Source: Pavona decussata (lineage: Eukaryota). Taken from it: DNA of 64,000 nucleotides. The notes under the pieces are model-generated. The model ran no database searches and was not told the DNA's origin. It saw only the letters and a program-made list of their open reading frames with translations. Position numbers and translations under genes: made by a program. Location: assembly GCA_977016875.1 (NCBI GenBank), contig CDRNST010000097.1:1116001-1180000 (forward strand), in the 5' to 3' direction. Positions 50,853 to 63,541 of the stretch are shown here, one piece after another (position 1 is the stretch's first letter; each line of letters starts with the position of its first letter).

Positions 50853-53800
50853 CGTATGGAACGATTGGCACGCCCATTGAGTTAGTCCTTCATAGTAATC
50901 AGCCTTGGAGTGTCGGACAGTAGAAGCATGAAACTGACAAATATTTAGCGGTAAATAGCGCCAACTGAACAAAATAAAACAATAGAAATGATGCTATTTA
51001 ATGGTATTTCGATTGAACTGCTAGCAGGTGGTAGAGGGTGTTTTTATATCGCGGAAAAACCAGGAGTGTGTAATCGCAGACGCCATATTGGAAGCACAAG
51101 ACAAAGATCTGGGGCGAGTGACATATCAAGGTGGAGGGATCTGCCTTGCGCGGGTCACACCCACCTTAAAGTCGCTTTTAAGGTACCGTTTGCTTGCGCG
51201 TAGATTATTTTCCTGCTGTTTCGCCCATCCCATGTCTTGTCCTACATCTCCAAGGGTTTCAACAACATCACACAGATCGTCAAATGCTTCCGCACCTGCA
51301 GAACTAACATAATCGAGGCCTTGAACCGATGCCCGAACAGACGCAGCGCACGTGCTCAAAATCCGCAGAAGGGTAGCGCGGCTTAGTGGAGTGAACCCAG
51401 ACTCTTGGCAGTAAGTCATATACTGGATGACAATTCGCTCTGGGATAATCATCCGTATGACGTTTGGAACCTTGATAGTCTCCTTCGTCGATAACATGAG
51501 TATCCTTTCGCCAAAAGGCAAATCTTGGATAATATGGGGACTAGTGATGAACGCTATGAAGTGGTCGATTTGAGCAGTGGATACTCTCATCCTTGGCGTC
51601 GGAACTGCTAGCACTGGTGCCCCCCTTCAATATACTAAGCAGTGGCGTCTGGCCTCAGTGAAACGATACTGAGATAAATCGGGTATCCAGTGTTGGAGCT
51701 GATTCAGTGTCAACTTATCAGCCATAATGGACAGGACCTGTCGACGCGTCTCCCAGCTGTCGGCTGCGCGGTAGCACTCGGCGAGTGCGCTCATCATGGT
51801 TTCGTCGACTGAGCTGCTTGTGGCTTCCTCTCCGTTACATTGTAAGGTTCTTTGTATGACACCAGAGGAAGAGACTGCCCTGAAGAGAGAACCACTATCA
51901 CTTGGAGCTATGTCTTGTAGAAGTGTAGATAGACCTTGACCTGCCTTCCGCACGTAGTAGCGTCGTGTTCTTTCACTTGCTTCTTCCCAAGGCCGCTGTA
52001 GCCGAGAACGAATGGGACTGATTCCTCGAGTGCGCAAATAATCATTGAGTGGGTCAGTGGTCTTGGACTTTGGTTCCCGCTTTGTTGTAGCTGGTGTGCT
52101 GTCAAAGGAGATCTCCTCAGAGGAGGACGAGTCGTCGCTAGGTGGCAAATAGAAGCTTCCTCCTGGGGTAGCTGGGGTACTGTCTTGACCGCATTGGCCA
52201 CCAACTAGCCGCTGAAACGAGCAATTTCTCTCCATCTTCCAATTTTTTAACCGATGACGCAGAGCAAATGACTCAATTTCGGCAGAAGTAAACACATGCG
52301 TCCTTATTACTCGGGATGCCGAATTGTAAATAATGGCCAATAATGTTTGATTTCAAAGTGTTTTTTTTTTTTTTTGACAAAGTGAGCGCTCAAGGTTATA
52401 CAATACACTTCAAAAGACCTAAACTCATTTTCCTGTACATTTCTTTGTAAAGATTTTAATCCAGTGGACTTTGTCCACGTAATAAAGTTTGCCGAATTTA
52501 AGAGAAAAGTTAGGAGCCTCGCACGAGCTAGCTTCGCTTATCGGGCGATCGATCGAAGATCACGGCTCGAACGCGGTGAGAATTCTATATTTAGAACTTT
52601 TTTAGAGGTAAACAAACCGCGTTTGCCATAGATCTATTTGCGTTTGGTAATAATCTGTTTTAAACTTAGATCTCTCTCGATGACAACTCTGAAAACAGTT
52701 TACAGTACGTGCTCTTTGCTCGTACGAAAAGAAACATGTCTTGTGCAAACCCAAAAGCAAATCATGTTCAGTTTCCAAAAGAATAGTTTTCGACAATCAT
52801 ATTAAAGCGTGCTTCTACTTCTGCATCAAAAGGTATCTTGTTGAACATTATTCCTAGTAAAAAGTTAGATGAGCCACGAAGGGGACCTATTTGCGTGTTC
52901 ACCTGCCATGGGCAAATTGTTAAATACAATTACTACAAATTACAAAAACTCGCTTTGCCGTCAGTATAAACTAGCCCTCTTTCAGATATATATTACTATT
53001 CCTTTTTAACTAGCTTTAGGATATCATTAGCAAGGGACCTGCCCAGGCATTTTGATTTGGAGGTAAATCTAGATGGGATTTCTAGTTTGTTGCACTGTCA
53101 CTGGAAAATGGGAAAAGTAAATGTGTTGCGTGTATATACACCGATTCAAAGTATTGCATACAAAGAACTGTCCTTCAAAATAGGCTTGTGATTACAATTA
53201 ATGTATGCTAGTAAGGAAGAAAATGAATAAATGAGCAAGAGCGAGACAAAAATATCCACGCGGATGTATTTGCGGCACGCGATCACAGAGATGTAAAGAT
53301 TGCGTGACATCGATCTGCGTCTATTTTTCAGTTCAATTAGTTCCTTCACGTGTTGCCTCTTTTCATTAGATATATTCAATACAAAACTCAATAGATACCC
53401 AGAGGATGCTTTATATACAGGACATGGATCCAGGTCCTGCAAAAATATTGCACAAGCCAGTGAAAGGTGACACATAGAAAAATCCGCAGCGGTATGAAAA
53501 GGCCGGTGGCTGAGAACGGCAGCAAGACACAGGAAAATTCGCGAAGAACATCAAAATTATTTGTCTTCAAACACCCATTTGGAAGGTAAGCTGGCATCGA
53601 AGTATTATCTCAGGTTTACTGGGTAGTTTTAATGGGAAATAGCAGGGTTTTTCTATGGTTTGCGCGGAAAGCGAGCTAAGGCTTATCGAATTGTTTACAT
53701 TTCTTGGTTAAACAAAATCTCTTCGAAAGGTCAAATTGGGTCAACTTGCATGGGGCCGCTCGTCTCAGAAATAACTTTTGCCAAGAAAAAAATTATATCA

Positions 53801-54286
53801 CGTTCAAAAACAGCTCTTGTACTTACTGCAAATGAATTTTGAAAGAATTCTACATAATACCGAGTACGTTTTGAGATGTTTGAAAACGGTATGGAATTTT
53901 TGATTTTCAAAGTCTAGAAATTTCGGTTCTCTTCGCTTGTTCTCCAGGAATTCGTAATTATAATTGTCTAAAAGTCTAAAATGTCATCTAAGCAGTTTAG
54001 CAATACCTCCTAAATAAAATTATAAACTAAGGAAAACCATAATTTGCTATGCGCCTTCACGCGAGTTCGATTATCTGATCATGAAATTTGACCTCATTTC
54101 TGTGATTTTCGGCTTCACGGGTTGTCGACGGTTTTACGTAATTTTCTCAAAAAGGTAAAAACTGTAGAACCTAAAACTTATATCACGATTCTTAACATAC
54201 CATAGGTTATCTCTGGACGAAATATCAAGGGGTTCATTTTTCCGACCTTGTGCCGCCCCTCACGCGGTGGTTAGGGAAAGTTGCTA
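46675..54286 (-). mobile_element. Sola3-type DNA transposon (long TIRs, TTAA TSD)
   Basis: TIRs about 46675-47390 and 53545-54286; TTAA at 46671-46674 and 54287-54290; GAG left terminus; DDD transposase inside. Confidence 0.85.
48395..52235 (-). pseudogene. Sola3 transposase, two exons (52235-51165, 50308-48395), three in-frame premature stops
   Basis: GT-AG intron 51164-50309 joins YLKSDFK|VHVSQSS. Catalytic motifs VQDWAMK, RQDNAGCYH, GKAACDR. Stops at 51627, 49865 and 48860, all in one continuing frame. Confidence 0.85.
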
Positions 54287-54324
54287 TTAAGTCCCAGTGA
54301 AAGTGTACCGTTTGATAAGACAAC

Positions 54325-55308
54325 TTAAAAGAACAGGTTGGAATCGATTTCTATGATAGTGAAAACGACCACGGATAAAAGAGCAACGAGGAAAACAGCA
54401 GCAACAATTTTTGAAAGAGTTTATCCGAAATTCAGGGCTTAGAAAGGCATATATACGCGGTGGGATTTAAACACGAGCTTGATGCCTGCGTTATGAAACA
54501 CAACCTTTGTAACATGAGATTGTTTTCATTTGACGTCGTAGACTCGGAGGAATTCCACAACAAAATTCCATCCCCAGCATACGGCAAAGAAGCGCCATGA
54601 CAATGAAACGAATTGTTCTTACCTTACATTTAGCAACAGCGCCGTGAATTTCCTCAGTCTTGCCTGTTTTCCATAACTTAACTGCACTCTTTGTGAAGGT
54701 TACCAACATGTACGTGAAAGGAATAAGAAAAGCCATGATGAAAAATAACGTTTTTGACATCTGTGTTTTCCAAGTCGAAGACCAGTTACAGGAAGTGTAT
54801 TTACGACACTTTTCGGTTGCTGCGTTTTTCTCTTTCCAGCATACTTCTTGAGAATTTAAACGGCATAGCGGTCACGAAGGCGTACAACCAAACACTCTCA
54901 ATTAAAAGTAGGTAGGTTTTCAAATACTGAGGCGCAAGACTTTTAAAGGGTTGTGAAATGTTTTTGTGTCGATTCCAAGCAATGGCGGCAAAACTGCTGA
55001 AAACTACAGCGGCACATAAAAGTTCTATGAACACGAAGGCTTTGCATGATGACTGTGGAGAATCCTCCAATCCGCTTATTGTCAACAATGGTACTCCCAC
55101 ATGATAAAGAACATGAGTCAGCGATAAATGAAAGATCAGAAAACTTGAAATGCTTGTCCGTATCTTTCGGCTTCGTAACATAACGTAGATGACGAGAAGA
55201 TTGAGAAGGACTCCACAGCCAATCAGAACATAGTAAGTTATAGCCCACGAAAAAAGGGGAAACGTTCGTGGCACTATCGTTTGTCCAATTTGCTAGTACT
55301 TCGCTCAT
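54325..55308 (-). pseudogene. Frameshifted paralog of the class A GPCR
   Basis: Colinear with 32249-33280 but with deletions/frameshifts near 55260, 54857 and 54590; DRH changed to NRH. Confidence 0.88.
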
Positions 55309-56942
55309 TTTGACGCACACAATGCTTCAGTGGACACCTTCTCTGCATGAGAGTAGTAAGCAGGTTGATTAAGTTGACTTTAAGCTGTTTTCGCTCGGAG
55401 CAATGCAAGCAATTAAGGACCCTTGAGCCAAGTGCTGTACTGATGTGACTCTATCATTGAGTCTTGTGGGTCAAATCCTGAAGAGTTCCGTTCAACTAAA
55501 AGCCACTGAGCCGTACTTTCCTGTGGTGCTGGTTATTATTATCCAGTACAGGGTGTTGGAACTTTTGAGCCAGTGAGTGAGCACCAACTTTATGTCCTTT
55601 TGTTTGCTGCACAATATTCTGCGAAATTTTAGAGTTTGGAGTTGAACGAATCAAAATACCGAGCCGTTTTGGTCTCGTAAAATTTCTTTTAATCCGTAGA
55701 GCCGAACAGCAAGGGCTTTTGTGTAAATTGAGAAGTAATTAATTACTAGCATCCCAAAGCATTGACAAAACAGCTACGTAAATAGAGACAACTTCAAACA
55801 ATGAAAGACAGGAACCAAAGCGGAGAGTTCAGCTCAAACACATGTGGACTAGCGTTTTATGTAGCAGAAGCAAAAATTAATTTTAATGTCGCGGAACCCC
55901 CCTTGCCCTATAGCAAAAGAAAAACAAACAGATCTGATAAAAGGTGCGTAAATAAGTCAAGCGCGGATAAGTTTATTATTAAAACAAGAGCAGTTTTTTT
56001 TTTTAAATAAAAAGTAGAAATATTTTAATTATTTCTGAAATACCTGCTTGTCAACAATTGTTGTCATAGTAACATGACATTCATGAAATTAATGTGTAAT
56101 GAACACAAAAATGACAAGCAAGCTCAAATTAATCCCTGAAATTTTTATGGCACTTCCTCAAATGGTGAGGAAAAAAGTTCTTAAGGTTCAACGTCAGTGC
56201 GAGCAGAACCCACTTCCCCTCGCTCTTTACGAGGTTAAAGTACTTTCTACATCCTGTACCTGTAGCTATAGATAGCCCAAAATGAGGGCTATTTTGATTT
56301 TATTTTTATTATTTTTTAAATTCAGGCTCATAGAAGATGGTCTGAGGTGTTCCGAAGAACATAAGCTGACATAAAATTATCAAGCGCACGCAAAAATAGC
56401 CCCAGGTTATAAAAATACATATCAAGGAAGTAGCGAAAACATAAGATTATGTAAATGACCTAGTAGGTGACAAGCAGCCCCGCTTTCCGTTCAAAGATAT
56501 GTGCAGTGGATTCCCCATACAACGAAGTACAAAGGGACTGGGAAAATATATATGTTAGTGATAACTGGTTTCAAAGCCGTTGGAACAGATTTGAGGGGAG
56601 ACGACCAAAATCGTAATCATTAATTCGTTATAGCGGGATAAATTTTGCGCAGTACAAGTTAGTGGTTCTGGGTTGCGTTCGTTATGACGGGGATTTCGTT
56701 GTTTCGAATTTCCTTAAATGCAGGCATTTACAGTCCTTTATAATCCTGTGCCATTGGGAAAAGCGTACCACTAAGGGAGGGCACCAACCTACCGAGGGGG
56801 TCCGGAGTGAGGAGAAAAGCTTATGTTACGCGCACCACCTCCCCCACGCTACACGCTATACAGCCCTAAGGTCTTGTTGTGCGCTGTAATGCCGAACATG
56901 TGCGTCAATCGATGGTAAATCAATATTTTGTCTGGCAGCGGT

Positions 56943-57035
56943 TAGTCTCCCTCGCAGCCGTTTTTAGTGTCGTCGCGCAACGCTCCTCCCCGGAGCGTTG
57001 CGTGACGACACTAAAAACGGCTGCGAGGGAGACTA
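56943..57035. mobile_element. 93-bp palindromic MITE in 5' region of copy E
   Basis: tagtctccctcgcagccgtttttagtgtcgtc...gacgacactaaaaacggctgcgagggagacta; 9-bp TSD ggcagcggt/ggcagtggt. Confidence 0.85.
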
Positions 57036-57158
57036 GGCAGTGGTGTAATAAAAAAAAAAAAACGTCATTAAAATAATTAATTTTAAAAAAAGGTGAGAAC
57101 ACACCCAGCTTCGTTCATATCATCACAGCAGAGGCAAATTTCTTGTGTATTTCACATC

Positions 57159-57269
57159 ATGGCAACGCACTCCGTAGCTTTGTTGGTTCTCTGTTTTTTA
57201 GTGGGCTCACACGCCACCACTACGAAACCTCAACAACAGGAAACCGCCGCTTCGAAAGACATGTGTGAG
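57159..57269 (+). CDS. CTHRC1: CTHRC1-like copy E, coding exon 1 (remaining exons not in window)
   Basis: MATHSVALLVLCFLVGSHATTTKPQQQETAASKDMCE; donor GTGAGT. Confidence 0.82.
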
Positions 57270-58243
57270 GTGAGTACATGGGTATTACGGTTTTCTTATT
57301 TGATTGCAACGGGGCGGTCGACCTGTTCTAAGATTAGCGTGAAATTTTGGTTGGATCTGAAGATATAATAAACACCAGGGCGCTCAGTAAATTGAAAACA
57401 ACAAGGCTAGTTGGCAGTTAATCTTAGGACATCAAACACGGAAATTTGTTTCTTAGAAAAGTATTGTTATTAAAATTCCAGTGGATAAGCTATAATATCG
57501 GTAAGCCCTTATTTCTACAAGGTATACCTCAACTAGTGTTCAGCTGCTAGGATTGTCGCAGTTTTTGTACGTTAATTAGTGATCGCGAAGTATTGACTTA
57601 AAATGTAAGTTATGTTGAGGGGTCTATAATTACGTACTATGCAAGACTATACTTTTTGCCACTGCAGAAACTAAAAGGGAAGACAAAACCATTTTAACGA
57701 CGCCGAGTTGGAATTAGTTCATTCTAATTAGTACGGTAAACACTGTTTTAGAAGCAAAGTGACTTTTCTTTGGAAGAGTGGCATGTTTTGAGATTCAGAC
57801 GGTAAAACTTTGCTAAAGTAATTAAAACTCATTTACAGTAGGAATAAAACTTGCTGCATGCGGGTACGGAGAAGATGCTACAATGCTAGGTTTCCGCAAT
57901 GCTAAAAGATGCTTTTTATTGACTGTGCCTTCCAGGCACCTGATGAAAAAATGCAACGTACCTTCAAGCCACTCAAAGCGAAATATGACAACACAAAATC
58001 ATCCTCGTTTATTGTTTTCGTTGCTTGAATGCTAGGTAAGCGTCGCGAAATGCTTAAATTTTGGCTGCTTCTTAAAATTCATTTTAATGCTATTTGTTAG
58101 CTACGCAGACTTTAGCACATACTTTAGATTTTTTAGTCAAGCAGTTTCCTGATATTTCAAAGTTAACCTCAAAAGGTTATTTTCGCTGAAGGAGCCATCT
58201 TTCAGAAGAGATCAAGACATAATTAGAAGCTCACTGTGTTTAC

Positions 58244-58525
58244 GTAATATATCAAACACGAGACACAGTGTTTCATCACATATCAAACACCGAGAAGAGA
58301 GTTGAAAATACCACGCGTAGCGGAGTATTTTTGACGAACTTCGAGGTTTTTGATATTGTGATGACACACTGTAACGAGTGTTTGATATAACTCCTCAAAC
58401 AAACTGATTTTGAAGGAGAAATTAAGGATGCAAAAACGAGGAGTTTTTCATTAGATATCCAAACACGTCACGGTGCATGATTTCCTTTGTCTTTGGCTTT
58501 TGAATTATTAATGAGTTTGAGAATT
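58244..58525. mobile_element. Hairpin-bearing insertion, absent from the paralogous intron of copy D
   Basis: atatcaaacac...gtgtttgatat inverted arms; empty site cactgtgtttac|tgaagtttc at about 36183. Confidence 0.65.
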
Positions 58526-59695
58526 AGGTTTCCTGAACTCAAACCATTGCCCTCCTAAACATTGCCTTGAAATTTAATTGAGGTGCTAGACGTGTTGAAT
58601 GTTTGTCTGCTTAACAAACTTACTTATAATGCTTGTTTCATTTTTATTTAGTTAGTCAGTTCACCGCAACAGAGCCAAGCTCACAAGGTTATCTTCGTTC
58701 AGAGAGCCACCTGAAAGGCAATTGAGTAGCTTCAAAGCATACTGAATCTTTGGAGCCTTGCTTTTCAAACTGAATTACTGTTTGCAAGCTCCTTAGCAGC
58801 TTTGACATATTTCATATTATGAAGTCATCATGTTTCCTCCTATACAGCCAAGCTCATGAGGTTATCTTTGTTCCATCTTCCTGACCATTGGCTAAAATTA
58901 GTTTCTTGAAGAGATAACTACATTATTGAAAACAGCTTCTGTTTCCTAAGATAACTGAGGCAATGGTATAGGTGTCGAGAAATGATGAAATGTTGGCTGC
59001 TTCTCAAACTGTACTTTACTTTTTTCGTATTACTTTTTGCTACAAGGTCGCTTGGACAGTTAAAAATAAGGAATTAACCGCCTCCTCCAAATGAATTCGC
59101 GCGCAAAGCAAAGCGCACCATATTTCCATCATTAAAATGAAAGGAGTGGTGGTCTCAATTTTTTATTTGCAATTTTCCAATATTATAGGTGCGCATCTGG
59201 AAGTTTCAAACATATTTTACATCTGTTTCCTGCAATATAGCCTGGTTCATAAGGTTATCTTCTTTGACAGAGCCATCTTAATCGCACTGATGCTTGATTT
59301 ATTAAAATTAGTTTCTCAGTTGATGATATTACTACATAATTAGAATTTTTTGTACTTACTTAGGTGTCTGCAGTTGGCAACTGTTCTTTAAAGCATTGTC
59401 ATAGAGATCTGATAAATATATTTCCTGATTTCCTGGAAGCTTATTGGGTGGGCGTCGTAAAATGTTGTCGATCGTTGCAAAACTTTTTAATACGTGTTCT
59501 AAATTATTAAATTAATTAGTTTACTGCAATAGCGCCGAGTTCGGAAGGTTATCATTGTTAATAGAATCATCTTAATCCCGCTAAAGTACTAATTTAGTTT
59601 CTTTTTGAAGATATTTGAAAAAAACAAAAAAAAAAAAAAAAAAAAAAACAAAACAAAAAGAAAAGAAAAGAAAAGAAAAGAAAAGGAAACTGCTT

Positions 59696-59796
59696 TAACC
59701 TGTGAACAGGCTCCCAAGTGGGGTATAGAGCGAAGACAAAAATCGAACTCTCCTGGCCCGCGCCCTATACCCCACTTTGAAGCCTGGCACAGGCTA
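59696..59796. mobile_element. Small palindromic MITE
   Basis: taacctgtgaacaggctcccaagtggggtatag / ctataccccactttgaagcctggcacaggcta; degenerate 9-bp TSD. Confidence 0.65.
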
Positions 59797-60177
59797 AAAC
59801 CCCTTGTGTTCCGATAGAAAGAGATGGACGACAAGAAAAGAGGTCAATTTCTGGATGAGAAACATTTATGTGAATGTCGTCTCGCTTTATGAGGTAGAAA
59901 ATAAATTTGATGTTTCCAAATACAATACACCAAAATTATGGGGAAGAACGTTGACAACCCGTAAGTGTGCAGGACCGTTTGTGAAGCTCTTTTATTCAGT
60001 TGCCAATTTGTTAATACCTGGGGGAAGTGAACTATAATTTTATGATCTTATTAACATGCACATATTTAACCCTCGGTCCCCTTTTGAAAAAAATACGCCT
60101 GTACCTACAAAATAACATGTCATACACACCAGGTGCCTTATTAATGGCAACTGCCAGTTTAGAGTGAGTTCGACTCT

Positions 60178-60717
60178 AGCATGTTAAGGCATGGCTCAAG
60201 GCCACATCTGGATAAAAAAATAGCAACACTTATAACTCAGCAGAAATTTACTGAGAGTCCACCAAACTTGGTAGCGACATAGAACTTGATGACCTTAACT
60301 CAATTCTAACTCGGGTCTTGAAAATAAATGTCACATGACCGGTAATGATTTTTTCTTTGCCCAAACAGAAAATAGAAAATGGGGGGGCCGAGTTTACATA
60401 TGATGAATATCGATTGGAACGTTTTTCTTACTGTATGGTTTTGCACTACATGAATCTGCCCTGAATGGTTGACTTCAATATTTAGTGAACGGAGTATTTA
60501 ACAAAATAGGTCACGTGACTTATTAAACTTCCCAAAATTTTTTTAATAAAACGTAACCCCATTCCATTGCATGCCTTAAGGAATTTAAGGTCGATGTAAT
60601 ACGTCGGTTACAAACTTATGGCCATGCTGGGAATTTTAAAAACATAGATTTGAAAGATAGGTAGTTTTAAATTCAAGGGGGGTCTTAAGTAAAGAATAAG
60701 CCATGCCTTAACATGCT
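60178..60717. mobile_element. 540-bp TIR element
   Basis: Perfect 19-bp inverted repeat agcatgttaaggcatggct / agccatgccttaacatgct. Confidence 0.65.
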
Positions 60718-62623
60718 TGAGATCCAACCGGCTGAGGGGAAATTAGCTCAATCTTAAAGAAACCAATTAGAAAAATGAGGTAAATAACCAAAGGAAAAAA
60801 CTTAACATGAATGTGTTCAGGTCTGGAGTTTCAGTGAATTAGTATTTTTATCGTAACATCTGCCTGTTAGACCAGCCTAATTTTAAACGTGAACTCTGTA
60901 GTAAATTAAATGGCACGTCCCATGCAACCGATGAGCGCAGAGTATGACATCACACAAGTGTGTTGGATGAATCTGGCCACGGATGTGACAGGCTTAATTA
61001 AATTACGGCTAAATCTGGCAACACCGCAACAGACGTAACCAGTTCAACTAAATCAACAAAAGAGGGGCGAAAAACAACGCCACCAAAAATTTACTAGTAT
61101 ACAAAGAAACAGTAATAACCCGTTGGCTGGCGAAAGGGGAAGGGGCGGGAAAAAAAAACTTGTCTCCTGATATGAACACTCTGATGGCAAGGGAAGGAAG
61201 GACGCAATTAACAAGAAATCTTGACTATAAAGCTAGTCAGAACAACCATGACACCTCATTGGTTAGGCTTTACGCAATCTTGGCACGAACTACCAATGAA
61301 CTCAACGGTATATCACGTGGTCATCATGTTGGGACATAAATAGTATTATGGCTTTCAATGTTTGCCTTTTTTTTAATTTATGGCCACCTTGGATGATCGT
61401 TCTGCTACGTGCGTAACACCCAAGTTGTGGAAGCGTTGCCTAGCGCCGAGTCAGTCAATTGAGCTTAAGCTTAAGTCAGTAGATAGGAATTGGGGGTTGA
61501 GCGAACGGGAGGAGGGGAGGGTGAGTTAAACAATAGCCGGGGTGGATGAGTAAACAATAGCCTAGAGGATGACATCATCAAAAACGATGACATCATAAGC
61601 TAAAAATAGAGAAACCGGGGGGAACGGGAGGATGAGTAAACAATAGCCTAGAGGATGATGTCATAAGCTAAAAATAGAGACAAGGGGTGTAATTTCCTCC
61701 CCTCCCGGAAGATAAAGTAATAAGCTAAAAATAGAGAAACCGGGAGGTTAGGAAGGTAGAACGTCACAATAGCCCCCCCGGGTTGACATCATCAAAAAGC
61801 GATGACATCATCTAAAAATAGTATAGTGACATCATTGGGGTGGAGGAGTATTTTGCTCTCATTATAAAACGATGATCTCATAGTTAAAAAATACAATAGT
61901 CATAAAATAGTTATAGAACTTTCCCGCTATGAAGTAGGAAACACAAAATATGATGGTTCCAAGCAGTTATTTATCTTCAGTGAGTTTAAATCATTCGCTA
62001 AGCCTCGGTTGGTGGTTTGAAATTTTTTGCTCCACGGAAGGTGAAAGCCCTTTGGCCTTTCGCAACCTACACTTGGGTAGTGTGAGGTCATTATTTTGCC
62101 TGGTGTTCCTTTGGTGAATTTTTGAAGGGTGTTGAAATCGTTTTCAAAGATAACCGGGAGTTAGGTTGTTCAGTCATTTGTATACAGTAGTCTATTTTCA
62201 TTCTCCGTAAACGTAAAAAAAGCGATTACTGCCAAGCACATTATTCACGAATTTGTGAGTTTCAGTAGTAATCATACATTTTGATAATATTTTGGATGAA
62301 TTTGATCGAGATTATGTGATTTTGTTGGTTATAAGAGATGAAATCAGACATCAGACGCGTGTTTCGATTCACGCACCGTTACTAAAGCTATTATGTTAAT
62401 TAAGTTGAGCTTTGTCCGGGATTAAACGGTAAAAACAGTCTTTTGTTGACTTTGTTTATGAATAAGAATATTATTACGGTTGATCGATTCCTGGCTGCTT
62501 AAATTAATTTGCATGTTATGTTTGGCGCGCACTGAAAAAAGTAAACACGGTCATAATTTACTGAAAATTCTTTATTTAAATCGTTCAACAATTCGAGTAC
62601 AAAGCAAAGTTCTTATGACAGCG

Positions 62624-63479
62624 TTAATCATCTTTATCCTCGTCATCGCTAGGGGGATAGAATCTCATTTTTGATGTCCTTTCATCCTTGTGTGTGATTG
62701 CGCCACAATCATAACATCGACGGAGAGATTCTTTCGCGTGCTTTCGTTCAAGAGGAATCTTGTGATCACATATAGGGCAAACTTTACAGTTATCTTCCCA
62801 AAAGCACTTAGGACATTTCATGACTACGGTATCATATCCATGTGAACTGTTGCAGTGTCGGCAAGGATCATGAACTTTTGCCTGAACTATCGTTGAATTT
62901 TCAACTGAGTCGCTACTATTCTCGGCCTCTTCTTCCCAATCACTTTCCAGGTCGCTGTTATGAGACTCTTCAGGTTGGCTATTTTCAGAACTGCTTTCCT
63001 CCTCTTCACTGCTGTCCGACAAGTTTTCATCATTAGCCTCATTACCTGATTCGTCCTCTTTATCCTGGTATCCTCTTTCTTTTTCTAACAAATCGCTTAG
63101 AAGTTTTTTTATTTTTGATCAGTCGCTTATTCACTCCGAGCTCTGCTAGTCCATCTAGGAAAGTATTGAGCGCACGGGGTTTGGCGACATCTTCGTTATG
63201 AGGGAGTAACGCATACTCGACCAGCTCTGAGATGTTTGTTACTGGTATTGCGCGCTGGTTTCGGAGTAACAGTCCACTAGGTGTCCAGAACAAGATATTT
63301 TTAGAAGCAGCCATACTATGCAATAGTTCAGAAGCGTGCTTTCTGGAAACGGCGTTGGAAAGGTTGTTCAAGACATCTTTTATTCTTGGTTCTTCATTCT
63401 CGCTTTCATCATCAGAACTTTCGCTTTCTTCATGTTCACTCTCGTGTTCTTCTTCAACCAAATCTATCTTTCTCTTCAT
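62624..63479 (-). pseudogene. Polinton-type hypothetical protein (conserved W..G..I..TNISELV..P...F..L..LGV..I.N core, acidic tract, CxxC zinc-ribbon tail); frameshift near 63090-63110
   Basis: ORFs 63060-63491 and 62624-63091 overlap in different frames beside an A-run. Confidence 0.55.
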
Positions 63480-63541
63480 ATTGATCAGCACTCGTTAAAA
63501 GAGAGACACAAATGACCAAATTTCAGAATCCACGGTCTCTT

